Positions 1-8,414 of a stretch of 64,000 nt of DNA are shown one piece after another. A program made the translations under genes and the position numbers. The stretch is from Longimicrobiales bacterium (lineage in GTDB: Bacteria; Gemmatimonadota; Gemmatimonadetes; Longimicrobiales; Gaopeijiaceae): NCBI GenBank assembly GCA_965202985.1, contig CBDBCF010000001.1, forward strand, positions 2,240,001 through 2,304,000. The letters run 5' to 3'. Within the stretch, counting starts at the first letter, position 1. Each line of letters opens with the position of its first letter. The notes under the pieces were generated by a model. It had not been told where the DNA came from, made no database searches, and saw only the letters and a list, made by a program, of their open reading frames with translations.

Positions 1-2
1 CC

Positions 3-1049
3 TACTTGGCTCGGGAGGACGCCGTGGAGCGGCGGTCCCGATTGGAGGCGCTGCTGCCCGGGTTCCGCAGCGCGATCGTGGCCGCGCACTCGTACGCGGA
101 CGCGGACCCCGGTCCGCCCCGGGACGATCCCGCTACGGCCGTGGTCGCCCGCTACGCCCGAGGGCGAGATTATCACCGGGTCGTGACGGAGCGGTTGAAG
201 GCTTTGGGCGAACGGCTGGAGGCGGTGGCCGGCAGGCCCGTGCGGCGCAAGGCCTACGTGGACACGGGACCCGTATTGGAGCGCGAACTGGGCATGCGCG
301 CCGGGCTGGGCTGGTTCGGCAAGAACACCATGCTGATCGACCCCGGCCGCGGGTCCTACTTCTTCTTGGGCGTCCTCTTGACGGACCTGGAGTTCCCGGC
401 GTCGCGACCGTTCGAGCGCGACCACTGCGGCACTTGCCGACGCTGCATCGACGCGTGTCCCACGGGCGCGCTGTTGGGACGCGACGATGCGGGCGCCCCG
501 ATCATGGACGCGCGGCTGTGCATTTCGTACCTGACGATCGAGCACAAGGGGCCGATCCCCCGCACGCTTCGGCCCGCGATCGGCAACCGGGTCTTCGGAT
601 GCGACATCTGCCAAGAGGCGTGTCCGTGGAACCTGAAGTTCGCGACCCCGGCCGCCGAACCGGCCTACGCGGCGTCCGCGGAGATGGACTCCCCTTCGCT
701 GGCCGGCCTGGCCCGGCGGCTGCTGGCCATGTCGGGCAAGCGATTTCAGCGGGAGTTCGCCCAGTCTCCGGTGTCGCGGGCGGGTCGGAAGGGGCTGTTG
801 CGGAACGTGTGCATCGCGCTGGGCAACTGGGGCCACGAGGACGCCGTATCGGTGCTGGACGAAGCCATGACGGACCCGTCGCCCCTGGTTCGAGCGCACG
901 CCGCCTGGGCGCTGGGAAGGATCCGGTCCGCGCGGGCGCGCGCGACGCTTGCGGCTCGGCGACGGACGGAAGCGGACCCCGACGTCTTGGAAGAGGCGGC
1001 GCGCGCGCTCGCTTCGGGAGACCGGGGTGACGCTGCGGGCCGTGAGTAG
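3..1049 (+). CDS. queG: tRNA epoxyqueuosine reductase (5'-truncated by window edge)
   Basis: ARYARGRDYH, YVDTGPVLER, GWFGKNT, 4Fe-4S motifs CGTCRRCIDACP and CISYLTIE...FGCDICQEACPWN, C-terminal HEAT repeat (VRAHAAWALG). The frame is open from the window start. Confidence 0.93.
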   Translation, partial: YLAREDAVERRSRLEALLPGFRSAIVAAHSYADADPGPPRDDPATAVVARYARGRDYHRVVTERLKALGERLEAVAGRPVRRKAYVDTGPVLERELGMRAGLGWFGKNTMLIDPGRGSYFFLGVLLTDLEFPASRPFERDHCGTCRRCIDACPTGALLGRDDAGAPIMDARLCISYLTIEHKGPIPRTLRPAIGNRVFGCDICQEACPWNLKFATPAAEPAYAASAEMDSPSLAGLARRLLAMSGKRFQREFAQSPVSRAGRKGLLRNVCIALGNWGHEDAVSVLDEAMTDPSPLVRAHAAWALGRIRSARARATLAARRRTEADPDVLEEAARALASGDRGDAAGRE

Positions 1050-1058
1050 TCCCAAGGT

Positions 1059-1074
1059 TGGCACGTTTCTTGCT
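1059..1074 (+). promoter_or_regulatory. sigma54 (RpoN) -24/-12 promoter
   Basis: TGGCACGTTTCTTGCT matches the TGGCACG-N4-TTGCW consensus with GG-N10-GC spacing, about 50 nt upstream of the ATG at 1123. Confidence 0.75.
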
Positions 1075-1122
1075 GACCTGTTGCCCCGATGTTCAAGCCC
1101 AAGTCCACAAAGGAGCGAAACC

Positions 1123-1893
1123 ATGATCACGACCAAGAGAGGTTCGATCTTTGCGGCGGCAGGCGTTGCCCTGGCCATGCTTGCCGCTCCGCCCGGCGGT
1201 CACGGGCAGGTCCGAGACCCCCAGACCCGATACCCGCAGGCCCGAGAAGACCTCGAATTCGGCCCGCCCAGGGGCGAGTTCTTCTTCCACGGCGACCTCA
1301 TGATGCCCGTCGGCGAGTTCGACAGCCGCATCGACCTGGGGGGAGGCGCCGGCATGGGCGGCGTCCTCTTCCTGGACGAGGGCGGCACCGTCGGGCTGCG
1401 CGTGAGCGGCGCCTTCGCCATCTACGGGGTGGAGACGATCGCGATCCCCATCCTGCCGCGCGTGACCGCCGATGTCCGGACCACCAACTACGTGGCCTCC
1501 GCCGGGGCCGGCCCCCAACTCTACGCGGGCAACGGAGCGGTGCGGCCCTACGTCTATGCGACCGTGGGCTTCGCCTACTTCGCCACCGAGAGCAGCCTTC
1601 GGGACGCCGACGACTGGGGGGCCGCGGACAGCTTCCTGTCCACCACCAACTTCGACGACTTCGGCTTGGCGCTAACCGGCGGCGGCGGCCTGTCGGTCAG
1701 GCTGTCGGGTCACGGCAGCAAGAATCCGGTTTCCCTAGACCTGTCCGCGACCTACCAGCACAATGGGCAAAACGAGTACCTGACCAAGGGCGACATCGAA
1801 GACCTGCCCGGCAATCAGTGGACCGTCAGCCCCAACCTGAGCGACACCAACTTCGTGATGTACCGAGCCGGGCTGTCCGTGGGGCTGCGGTAG
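1123..1893 (+). CDS. Outer-membrane beta-barrel protein (OmpA/OmpW-like 8-strand type)
   Basis: AAGGAG RBS, signal peptide (MITTKRGSIFAAAGVALAMLAAP), amphipathic strands, VRPYVYATVGF, terminal strand YRAGLSVGLR. Confidence 0.7.
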   Translation: MITTKRGSIFAAAGVALAMLAAPPGGHGQVRDPQTRYPQAREDLEFGPPRGEFFFHGDLMMPVGEFDSRIDLGGGAGMGGVLFLDEGGTVGLRVSGAFAIYGVETIAIPILPRVTADVRTTNYVASAGAGPQLYAGNGAVRPYVYATVGFAYFATESSLRDADDWGAADSFLSTTNFDDFGLALTGGGGLSVRLSGHGSKNPVSLDLSATYQHNGQNEYLTKGDIEDLPGNQWTVSPNLSDTNFVMYRAGLSVGLR

Positions 1894-1916
1894 GGCCTCG
1901 GAACCCTTCGGCAAGG

Positions 1917-1958
1917 AACTCCGCCGCCCGAGGCGCTGCGTCCCCGGGCGGCGGAGTT
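1917..1958. terminator. 14-bp inverted repeat between convergent genes, probable bidirectional terminator
   Basis: AACTCCGCCGCCCG (1917-1930) and CGGGCGGCGGAGTT (1945-1958) are perfectly complementary. The U-tracts are short. Confidence 0.55.
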
Positions 1959-1977
1959 TGGGTTGCGGCGGAAGGGG

Positions 1978-4056
1978 TCAGCCAGCCTCGGCGGCCAAGC
2001 GCCGGACGGCGTCCTCGAGCCGTTCCACCTTGGAGGCGTCGACGGAGCTCGCAGCGTCTTGGTCCAGCTCGGCGCCGAGAGCGTTCAGGGCGTCTCGCCG
2101 GGCGGCGCCGGAGGCGGCTTCGGCGGCCGCCAGCGCACCCCGCACGTCCGCCAAGCGCCGGGGGGCCAGTCCGCCGGAGCGGTCCAGCTGGTCGGCGTAC
2201 GCCCGTGCAAGCGCGAACGTGGCCGGCCACTCGAAGATCGGCTGGCCCTGCGAGTTCAGCTGGTCCAGCCGCACCGAGTTGGCCGCGTCGATCTCGTTCT
2301 GGGTCAGGACATCGCTGGGAACCAGCTCAAAGATGTCCAGCCCGCGCGCGATCTCCGAGTTCACGATCAGCCCGTTGTACCAGTAGACGGACCAGCTGCC
2401 GCCCGACCGCATCTGTTCAGGGTCCACCGGTCCCCGGTCGAAGTAGGCGATCTCGGTGGGGTTGGCCGGATCGGTCCAGTCGATCAGCGTGATGCCGCCC
2501 TGGTACCAGCCCTGGATCATGATGTCGCGCCCCGGAATCGGGATCAGCGAGCCGTTGTGGGCGACGCAGTTCTCCTGGCGCGTCTGCGGGGCCGGGATCT
2601 TGAAGTAGCTCTGGAAGTTCATGTCGCCGTCCTCGATCGTGAAGATGGCGTTGGCGCCCCACTCCGGCGGGTCGTCGGCCCGGCACTTCGGCGCTCCACC
2701 CCCCCCCCATTCGTCAGTGAAAAGGATGGCGGTTCCGTCGTTGTTGAAGGTGGCCGAGTGCCAGTAGGCGAAGTTGGAGTCCGACACCGCCGCCAAGCGC
2801 GTCGGGTTGACGGGGTCGCGGATGTCCAGGAGCAGGCCGTAGCCTCCGCAGGCCCCGCCGGCCAAACCGATGGCAGGGTAAACGGTGATGTCGTGGCACT
2901 GCGTGGGGCCGGTGCGCGGCGCGTCGGCCTGTGCCGCTGCCATGGCGTTCAATTGCTCGCGGGTGGCGGCACTGTCGGCGGCCGTGGGAGGCCCTTCCCC
3001 GCCCCGCGCCTGAACGTTTTGGGCAAGGAGTTGCTGCGCATATTGGTCGGGAACCACCATTAGTTGGCCGTCGTACTCGACGACGAAGGCACCTCGGGCG
3101 CGAGCCTCCTCGGCCAGGACGCGAGCTTCTTCCATGTCCGCCAGGTCGGCCACGGACGGGCCGTGGCGCGGCGGGGCCACCAAGTCGTGGAAGATCCGGG
3201 GCGAGCTGGCGATCGCCGCGCTGGCCGGGTCGTCCAGGGGCACGCGAATCACTTCAATCCGGAAGAGGGCCGAGTTCGGGTCCTCCTCGGGCGACAGGCC
3301 CGAGCAGCCCGCCAGCTCCTCGGCCGGCCTCACGCCCGACGAGCCGGACACGTAGATGTAGACGTTGTCGTCGTCGCCGGGATGCTTGAGCACGGTGTGC
3401 GTGTGCGAACCCCGACACGTCTGGACGTTGGCCACGTACTCCGGCGCGGCGATGTCCGAGATGTCGAAGATGCGGATGCCTCGCAGGCGGTGATGGCTCA
3501 CGGCTTCCTGGATGCCCTGGTCGCCGCAGTCGAGTCGTCCTCCCAAGCCTTCGCCCGAGACGAAGAGCAGGTTGCCGTAGACGGACACGTCGCTTTGTGA
3601 GGCGGGACACACGTAGGTGATCACCGATGCGGGACTGGACGGGTCCGAGATGTCCCAGACCTGGACGCCGTCGTAGTTCCCTTGAATGGCGTAGTTGCCG
3701 GTGAACGCCAAGTCCGAGTTGGTGCTGCCGACGAACGGCTCCTCGGGGGGAGTCGCCGAGATCAGCCGCAGGTTCCAGATCGCTTCGCCGGCGTCCATGA
3801 GCCCTGCGGACAGTCCCACCCGCGGGTCGGGAGACGGCGGATTGGCGGCTTCGGGAACAGGCATCATCGGCGGCGGCAGGATGTCGCTTGCGGCCATGCT
3901 GGGCTGGGCTGCGACCGGCGCCGCTTCGCTGGCCGGGCCTCCGTAGCCGGACGAGCAGCCGGCCAGAGCGAGGGCGAGGCTCAGGCACGAGAGGCCTGCG
4001 AGGATCGGGGAGCGGCGCGTCCGTCGAGGGAGCGTCGCGGTCGTCGAGAAGGTCAT
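1978..4056 (-). CDS. LVIVD-repeat (beta-propeller) lipoprotein
   Basis: ATG 4056 (MTFSTT), lipobox LALAGC, NSDLAF...GNYDGVQVWDISDP, RGIRIFDISD, CRGSHTHT, CHDITV, WHSATF, ENCVAHNG. Confidence 0.85.
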   Translation of the reverse strand: MTFSTTATLPRRTRRSPILAGLSCLSLALALAGCSSGYGGPASEAAPVAAQPSMAASDILPPPMMPVPEAANPPSPDPRVGLSAGLMDAGEAIWNLRLISATPPEEPFVGSTNSDLAFTGNYAIQGNYDGVQVWDISDPSSPASVITYVCPASQSDVSVYGNLLFVSGEGLGGRLDCGDQGIQEAVSHHRLRGIRIFDISDIAAPEYVANVQTCRGSHTHTVLKHPGDDDNVYIYVSGSSGVRPAEELAGCSGLSPEEDPNSALFRIEVIRVPLDDPASAAIASSPRIFHDLVAPPRHGPSVADLADMEEARVLAEEARARGAFVVEYDGQLMVVPDQYAQQLLAQNVQARGGEGPPTAADSAATREQLNAMAAAQADAPRTGPTQCHDITVYPAIGLAGGACGGYGLLLDIRDPVNPTRLAAVSDSNFAYWHSATFNNDGTAILFTDEWGGGGAPKCRADDPPEWGANAIFTIEDGDMNFQSYFKIPAPQTRQENCVAHNGSLIPIPGRDIMIQGWYQGGITLIDWTDPANPTEIAYFDRGPVDPEQMRSGGSWSVYWYNGLIVNSEIARGLDIFELVPSDVLTQNEIDAANSVRLDQLNSQGQPIFEWPATFALARAYADQLDRSGGLAPRRLADVRGALAAAEAASGAARRDALNALGAELDQDAASSVDASKVERLEDAVRRLAAEAG

Positions 4057-4079
4057 GTTCGGTTCCTGTGTGAGGTTGA

Positions 4080-4790
4080 CTAGGGTCGGGGCGGTGCTGG
4101 ATTGGATTCGAGGGCTTCGAGCATCAGCTCCATGCGGGCGATCTCGGAGCCTTGATCGGCCTGAATGTCGGAGGCCAGCTTGAAGACGAAGTCGCCTTGA
4201 GCGGCGCCGTCCACGGCGAAGAGCTCTTCCACCATAGTGACCGCGCCCTCGTGGTGCATGATCATGTACTTCAGGAAGAGTCGGTCGAAGTCGGGGCCTC
4301 GGGCTTGCCGAAGCTCGTCCAGCTGTTCGACCGTGAGCATCCCGGGCATGTGCATGGCGTGCTCTGGACCGTGGACCATGAAGCGGCCGCCGTCGGTGTG
4401 GACCTCCGGCACGGGCTGGCCTCGGTCGCGCAGCCATTCCTGCATGACCGCAATCTCGTCCTTCTGCGCGTTGATGATCCGGGCGCAAAGGACCTGAATC
4501 GTGGGACTGGCGTCGTTCTCTGGGGCGAACCCGGACATGACCAGCGCCTGTCCATGATGGCCGATCATCCCCGTCATGAAGTGAACGTCGGCCTCGTGGT
4601 AGTTCGCCAGCGCGGCTTCGGCCCGTGCCTGGTAGAGCGCTGCCAGCTCGGCGGCCCGGGCGGCGTCGGGGCGGGTGGGCCCGGCGGGGTCTTGGGGCAG
4701 CTCGCCACGGCTTCCGACGCCACTGGTAGCGCAAGCTTGGAGGACCAGAACGGCTGCTGCGAAGACGGATGGGAGAATGCGCGGTGACAT
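4080..4790 (-). CDS. DUF305 (ferritin-like, CopM-related) lipoprotein
   Basis: ATG 4790, lipobox LQAC, ADVHFMTGMIGHHGQA, MPGML, FDRLFLKYMIMHHEGAVTM. Confidence 0.85.
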   Translation of the reverse strand: MSPRILPSVFAAAVLVLQACATSGVGSRGELPQDPAGPTRPDAARAAELAALYQARAEAALANYHEADVHFMTGMIGHHGQALVMSGFAPENDASPTIQVLCARIINAQKDEIAVMQEWLRDRGQPVPEVHTDGGRFMVHGPEHAMHMPGMLTVEQLDELRQARGPDFDRLFLKYMIMHHEGAVTMVEELFAVDGAAQGDFVFKLASDIQADQGSEIARMELMLEALESNPAPPRP

Positions 4791-4795
4791 GGTGG

Positions 4796-6571
4796 CTAGC
4801 CCGCTAGTTTCTGGTAGGCGGAAGCGACTTCGGCTGCGTAGTTGTCGCGAAGTATCCTGCGGTCTACGGGAAAATGCTGAATGAAGGTCTTGGAGTACGA
4901 CCACCATCCTCCCAGATAGGGCTTGCTGGTAGTCCTGACGAACTCGTGCATCCTTTCGCTGTTCAACTCCGCAACCAAGTCCGTTAGCGACATGTTTCGC
5001 ACGGGCTTGACGGCATATCCCGAATAGAAGAGAGATTCGGCGTCTTCGCATATCTGGAAGTTCGGCCTCTTATTCACGCCCGAGGTCAGAATCTTGACGC
5101 CGAGAGCGGTCCTGATGCCTACATGCCTTCCATATCCGTGCCACTTCCGCTCGTCGACACGTCCCTTGTCGCGAGCCAGCAATGTCTTCTTGTTGCGGGC
5201 CAGCCATTCGGCGGCCAAGGGGTGCTGCCGGCACATCTTCGCAAACGGCACCAGCTGACCAGAGCTGCTGTAAGGGTATATTGCGACGCGGCGAATTGGA
5301 TCCGTGCCGTTCTTCATCACCGACGCCTTGTAGATGCGACGGACGCTGCCCTTCTCCAGCTGTACCTCCACATTTCCGTCCGTGCACGTTACAACCGCGT
5401 CGTCTTCATCCACGACCGTCAGGATGAACACGCGGTCCGCGAGAGTCTGCACTCCTACTCGGATCTCGGCGATGTCGCCCAGACGGACACCATGTTGCTC
5501 GAGTCGATGAAGGTTCTTCCGCTGTTCCGGGTTCGTGAGCGTCCACATCGGAGAGAGCGCATCGATGCGGTAGCCGTTCCGGGGGACGACCGTGTTCCGC
5601 TTGATCACGGCCTTGGCCGCGTTGATCCGTCGGCTGCGTCCGCCCTTCTCGACTCGGGCAATCGCGGTGTAGGTCGTAACGGACGGAAACACTTGGTGTC
5701 CCTCGAAGTCGACGATCTTGCGCACGCGATGGTTGGCGGACAGCTGGGTGCGGAGCGCGCGGCCCGCGGCTGATTTGAGCCAGCTGTTGGGCGTGATGAA
5801 GGAGACTTGGCCGCCGGGACGCAACAGGTCCAGGCCCGCCTCGAAGAACAGGAAATAGAGGTCGCCGCATCCGTTCACGAAGCGCCAGCCGCCGGACGCG
5901 ATCTGCTCTCGGCGGCCGTGTTCGAGGTGCTGGATCCGAACGTACGGCGGATTGCCGACGACGTAGTCGAACGAATTTGCGTGCCGACGCCACTCTGCGC
6001 GGTTCAGTATGTCCAGGCGTCGTATCTGCCAGTCCACGGGCGGTGCCTCGCTTCCCAGCACCTGATCACATACGCCGGTCAAGCGGGCCTTGCACGCCTC
6101 GATGGCTTGGTCGTCGATCTCGAACCCGGTCAGCCACTCGAGCGAGTCGAGGTAGCCGGTCCGAGGGCCGAACTCGCCGATCTTCTCGCAAATCCGCTGA
6201 ACGCACCCCGCCAAGAACGCCCCGTCGCCGCAGGCCGGTTCACATATGCGAACGGACTTGGGATCGCTGGGCAGCAGATCGTCGAGCATGAACGCAACCA
6301 CGTGGAGCGGCGTGTACACGACGCCGGCTTGCTTTGCGCTCCACGCCACCTCCGTGTCGGTGCGGGGATCGGTTGCGCCGGCGACCGGTCCGAACAGGCT
6401 GGCGCGGCTCCGGCGATCGGCAACGTTCGGTTCGCGGACGGCTGCACTGGCGTTCAGCGCAAAGACGGAACGGTCCGGACCTCCGGCTGGAGCCCAACGG
6501 GACCCCAGAGGCGATCCGCCGCCGTCGGCCGGTCGCGCCCCGGCCAAGTCGTCTCGACGCGAAGTCGTCAT
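4796..6571 (-). CDS. N6-adenine DNA methyltransferase (Eco57I/TaqI-like), no adjacent endonuclease
   Basis: GGAGGA RBS before ATG 6571. Motif X GVVYTP, motif I EPACGDG, motif IV VGNPPY, DLYFLFF, FITPNSWL, C-terminal TRD-like region. Confidence 0.85.
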   Translation of the reverse strand: MTTSRRDDLAGARPADGGGSPLGSRWAPAGGPDRSVFALNASAAVREPNVADRRSRASLFGPVAGATDPRTDTEVAWSAKQAGVVYTPLHVVAFMLDDLLPSDPKSVRICEPACGDGAFLAGCVQRICEKIGEFGPRTGYLDSLEWLTGFEIDDQAIEACKARLTGVCDQVLGSEAPPVDWQIRRLDILNRAEWRRHANSFDYVVGNPPYVRIQHLEHGRREQIASGGWRFVNGCGDLYFLFFEAGLDLLRPGGQVSFITPNSWLKSAAGRALRTQLSANHRVRKIVDFEGHQVFPSVTTYTAIARVEKGGRSRRINAAKAVIKRNTVVPRNGYRIDALSPMWTLTNPEQRKNLHRLEQHGVRLGDIAEIRVGVQTLADRVFILTVVDEDDAVVTCTDGNVEVQLEKGSVRRIYKASVMKNGTDPIRRVAIYPYSSSGQLVPFAKMCRQHPLAAEWLARNKKTLLARDKGRVDERKWHGYGRHVGIRTALGVKILTSGVNKRPNFQICEDAESLFYSGYAVKPVRNMSLTDLVAELNSERMHEFVRTTSKPYLGGWWSYSKTFIQHFPVDRRILRDNYAAEVASAYQKLAG

Positions 6572-6761
6572 TCCTCCAAGGTACGGAATCGGCGCGTGGC
6601 TTGCCACCCCGCAGTTCTCCCGGGCGTCCCCGTTTCGGGCGCGAGAATGACACGGCTGCTCGTGCCGACATACCTTGAATGGGCCGGCTGGGCCCGACTC
6701 GCAAGCTCGGGCCGCGATCCGGCGTGCGAGGGCCACTAGGAAGGGGGGCGCGGACAACTCT

Positions 6762-8147
6762 ATGGACCGACGAGGTTTTCTGAAGACCGGCGCGGCGGGT
6801 GCGGCCGGAGGAGCGCTGGCCGGGTGCGGCGGGACCGGTGAACCGACTTACGGCGGCAGCGAAAGGGACCGGCCTGCGACCTCTGCCGTCCCCGACCGGC
6901 TGGGTTCGTCCCCGGCCCAGCCGCTGTCGGTGCCGGCGATCGAGGAGGTGCGGATCGGTTTCGTGGGCGTCGGGGGGATGGGGACCGCCCATGTGCGCAA
7001 CTTGGTGCGGATCGAGGGGTGCGCGGTGACGGCGGTGTGCGACGTGGTGGAGGCTCACGCCGAGCGGGCCGCCGGAATCGTCGAGGAGGCGGGTCGCGCC
7101 CGCCCGGCCCTCTACACGCGGGGCGAGACCGACTTCGCGCGCCTTTGCGCGGAGGAGGAGCTGGACTTGGTGTACACGGCGACGCCATGGCGGTGGCACG
7201 TGCCGGTGTGCGTTGCCGCCATGGAGAACGGGAAGCACGCCGCCACCGAGGTTCCCGCCGCGTACACGCTGGACGACTGCTGGCGGCTGGTCGAGACCGC
7301 CGAGGCGACCGAACGCCACTGCGTCATGATGGAGAACGTGAACTACGGCCGCGCGGAGCTGCTCTGCCTGAACTTGGTGCGCCAGGGGTTGCTGGGCGAA
7401 GTCCTCCACGCCGAGTGCGGGTACCTGCACGACCTGCGGGCGATCAAGTTCGCCGACGAGGGCGAGGGGCTGTGGCGCCGCGACCACTCGTGGACCCGGA
7501 ACGGCAACCTCTACCCCACGCACGGCTTGGGTCCCGTCGCCAACTGCATGGACGTGAACCGGGGCGACCGCTTCGACTACTTGGTGTCGATGAGCAGCCC
7601 GTCCCGAGGCCTGCAGGAATGGGCGGAGACCCACTACCCCGAAGGCCATCCAAAGCGCGACGAGACCTTCGCCCTGGGCGACGTGAACGGCAGCCTGATC
7701 AAGACCGCCCTTGGACGCACGATCTACGTTTCCCACGACACGAACTTGCCGCGCCCCTACAGCCGCATCAACCAAGTGCAGGGGACTCGAGGCGTCTTCC
7801 AGGGATACCCGGACCGCGTGCACGTCGAGGGCCGCAGCCCCGCGCACCAGTGGGAAGACGCCGAGGCGTACTACGACGACTTCGAGCACCCGCTGTGGCA
7901 GGCGCTGCGGGAGGCGTCGGTCGGCGCCGGCCACGGCGGCATGGACTTCATGGAGGACTATCGGCTGGTCAAGTGCCTGCGCGAGGGGCTGCCCACCGAC
8001 ATGAACGTCTACGACGCCGCGGCGCTGAGCGCGGTGTGCGAGCTCTCCGAAATCAGCGTGGCCAACGGCAGCGCGCCCGTGGCTTTCCCCGACTTCACCC
8101 GGGGCCGCTGGCGGGAGTGGGCGCCGTGGCCGATCGTGGAGGCATAA
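6762..8147 (+). CDS. Tat-exported Gfo/Idh/MocA-family glycosidase (GH109 alpha-N-acetylgalactosaminidase-like)
   Basis: Twin-arginine signal MDRRGFLK with lipobox LAGC, GFVGVGGMG, ATPWRWH, GKHAATEVP, MMENVNY, GNLYPTHGLGP, GHGGMD. Confidence 0.88.
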   Translation: MDRRGFLKTGAAGAAGGALAGCGGTGEPTYGGSERDRPATSAVPDRLGSSPAQPLSVPAIEEVRIGFVGVGGMGTAHVRNLVRIEGCAVTAVCDVVEAHAERAAGIVEEAGRARPALYTRGETDFARLCAEEELDLVYTATPWRWHVPVCVAAMENGKHAATEVPAAYTLDDCWRLVETAEATERHCVMMENVNYGRAELLCLNLVRQGLLGEVLHAECGYLHDLRAIKFADEGEGLWRRDHSWTRNGNLYPTHGLGPVANCMDVNRGDRFDYLVSMSSPSRGLQEWAETHYPEGHPKRDETFALGDVNGSLIKTALGRTIYVSHDTNLPRPYSRINQVQGTRGVFQGYPDRVHVEGRSPAHQWEDAEAYYDDFEHPLWQALREASVGAGHGGMDFMEDYRLVKCLREGLPTDMNVYDAAALSAVCELSEISVANGSAPVAFPDFTRGRWREWAPWPIVEA

Positions 8148-8161
8148 GGAAGGAGTGTCCC

Positions 8162-8383
8162 ATGACCACCGAAGCCCAATTGGCGGAGATCATCGCAGCG
8201 GGCGAGAGCGACCGCGTCGAGTTCAACGAGTCTCTCTCGGGCAAACGCCAAGGAGGGCATCCGACAGGCGATCTGCGCGTTCGCGAACGATCTGCCCCGG
8301 AGCGGAAAAAGCAGGAACGGTGGTCGTCGGAGTCCGGGACGACGGATCGCTTGCCGGCCTCGAGGTCACCGATCGCATGTTAA
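8162..8383 (+). pseudogene. Truncated, doubly frameshifted AlbA_2 (Schlafen-like) domain gene remnant
   Basis: AGGAG RBS. Three frames join into MTTEAQLAEIIAAGESDRVEFNESLSGK / AKEGIRQAICAFANDLP / GAEKAGTVVVGVRDDGSLAGL, carrying the ESxxVEF, ICAFAN and GVxDDG motifs. Confidence 0.75.
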
Positions 8384-8414
8384 TTCGCAGGTCGACTTAT
8401 GGAGAAGACGACTC

